Shown here: one piece after another, positions 34,435 through 34,534 of the stretch
Layout: every line of letters begins with the position of its first letter
Numbering within the stretch: position 1 is the first letter of the stretch
DNA from: a virus
Lineage: Duplodnaviria > Caudoviricetes
Virus record (IMG/VR): IMGVR_UViG_3300010366_000031
Coordinates: 1-34,534 of that record
Strand: one strand, 5' to 3'
DNA length: 34,534 nucleotides
Made by a program: the position numbers and the translations under genes
Notes under the pieces: generated by a model
What the model saw: the letters and a program-made list of their open reading frames with translations, nothing else
What the model was told of the DNA's origin: nothing
The model's database searches: none

Positions 34435-34534
34435 GGCGCGGCAAGCTACGGGCGAGCTAACCGACTGACAAGAGTTTTACCGAAGTCGGTTCCAAATTGG
34501 ACGCTCCATTGTGGAGCAACCGTGATCAGCTACG

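Larger units (their letters stand above)
1..34534. mobile_element. Temperate actinobacteriophage (siphovirus) genome, near complete
   Basis: Complete head, tail, lysis, integration, immunity and replication modules; no host housekeeping genes at either end. Confidence 0.95.

Overview
The window looks like a near-complete ~34.5 kb temperate siphovirus genome from a high-GC actinobacterial host; the endolysin style and a BldC-like gene suggest a filamentous actinomycete (inference). Most genes are on the minus strand. From the right end: HNH, terminases, portal, prohead protease, an inserted C5 DNA methyltransferase plus two genes, major capsid, head-tail genes, major tail, tail chaperone with a -1 frameshift extension, an inserted endolysin, gp10-like gene, tape measure and minor tail genes. 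Next come a plus-strand lysogeny block (Cys-rich ORF, large serine integrase, membrane protein), the immunity region, and a replication block (Cas4-like nuclease, SSB-like protein, primase-helicase with an internal repeat array, Holliday junction resolvase). The left accessory arm is the most unusual part. It holds an operon with its own promoter and palindrome, led by a HigA-like HTH gene that has no canonical start codon (ATC; absent from the ORF track) and is coupled to a HicA-like/ParB-like fusion with degenerate catalytic motifs. It also has two strongly structured intergenic regions, one leading into a hidden 55-aa gene with an anti-SD in a hairpin loop. All family assignments come from motif recognition by eye, not from database searches.
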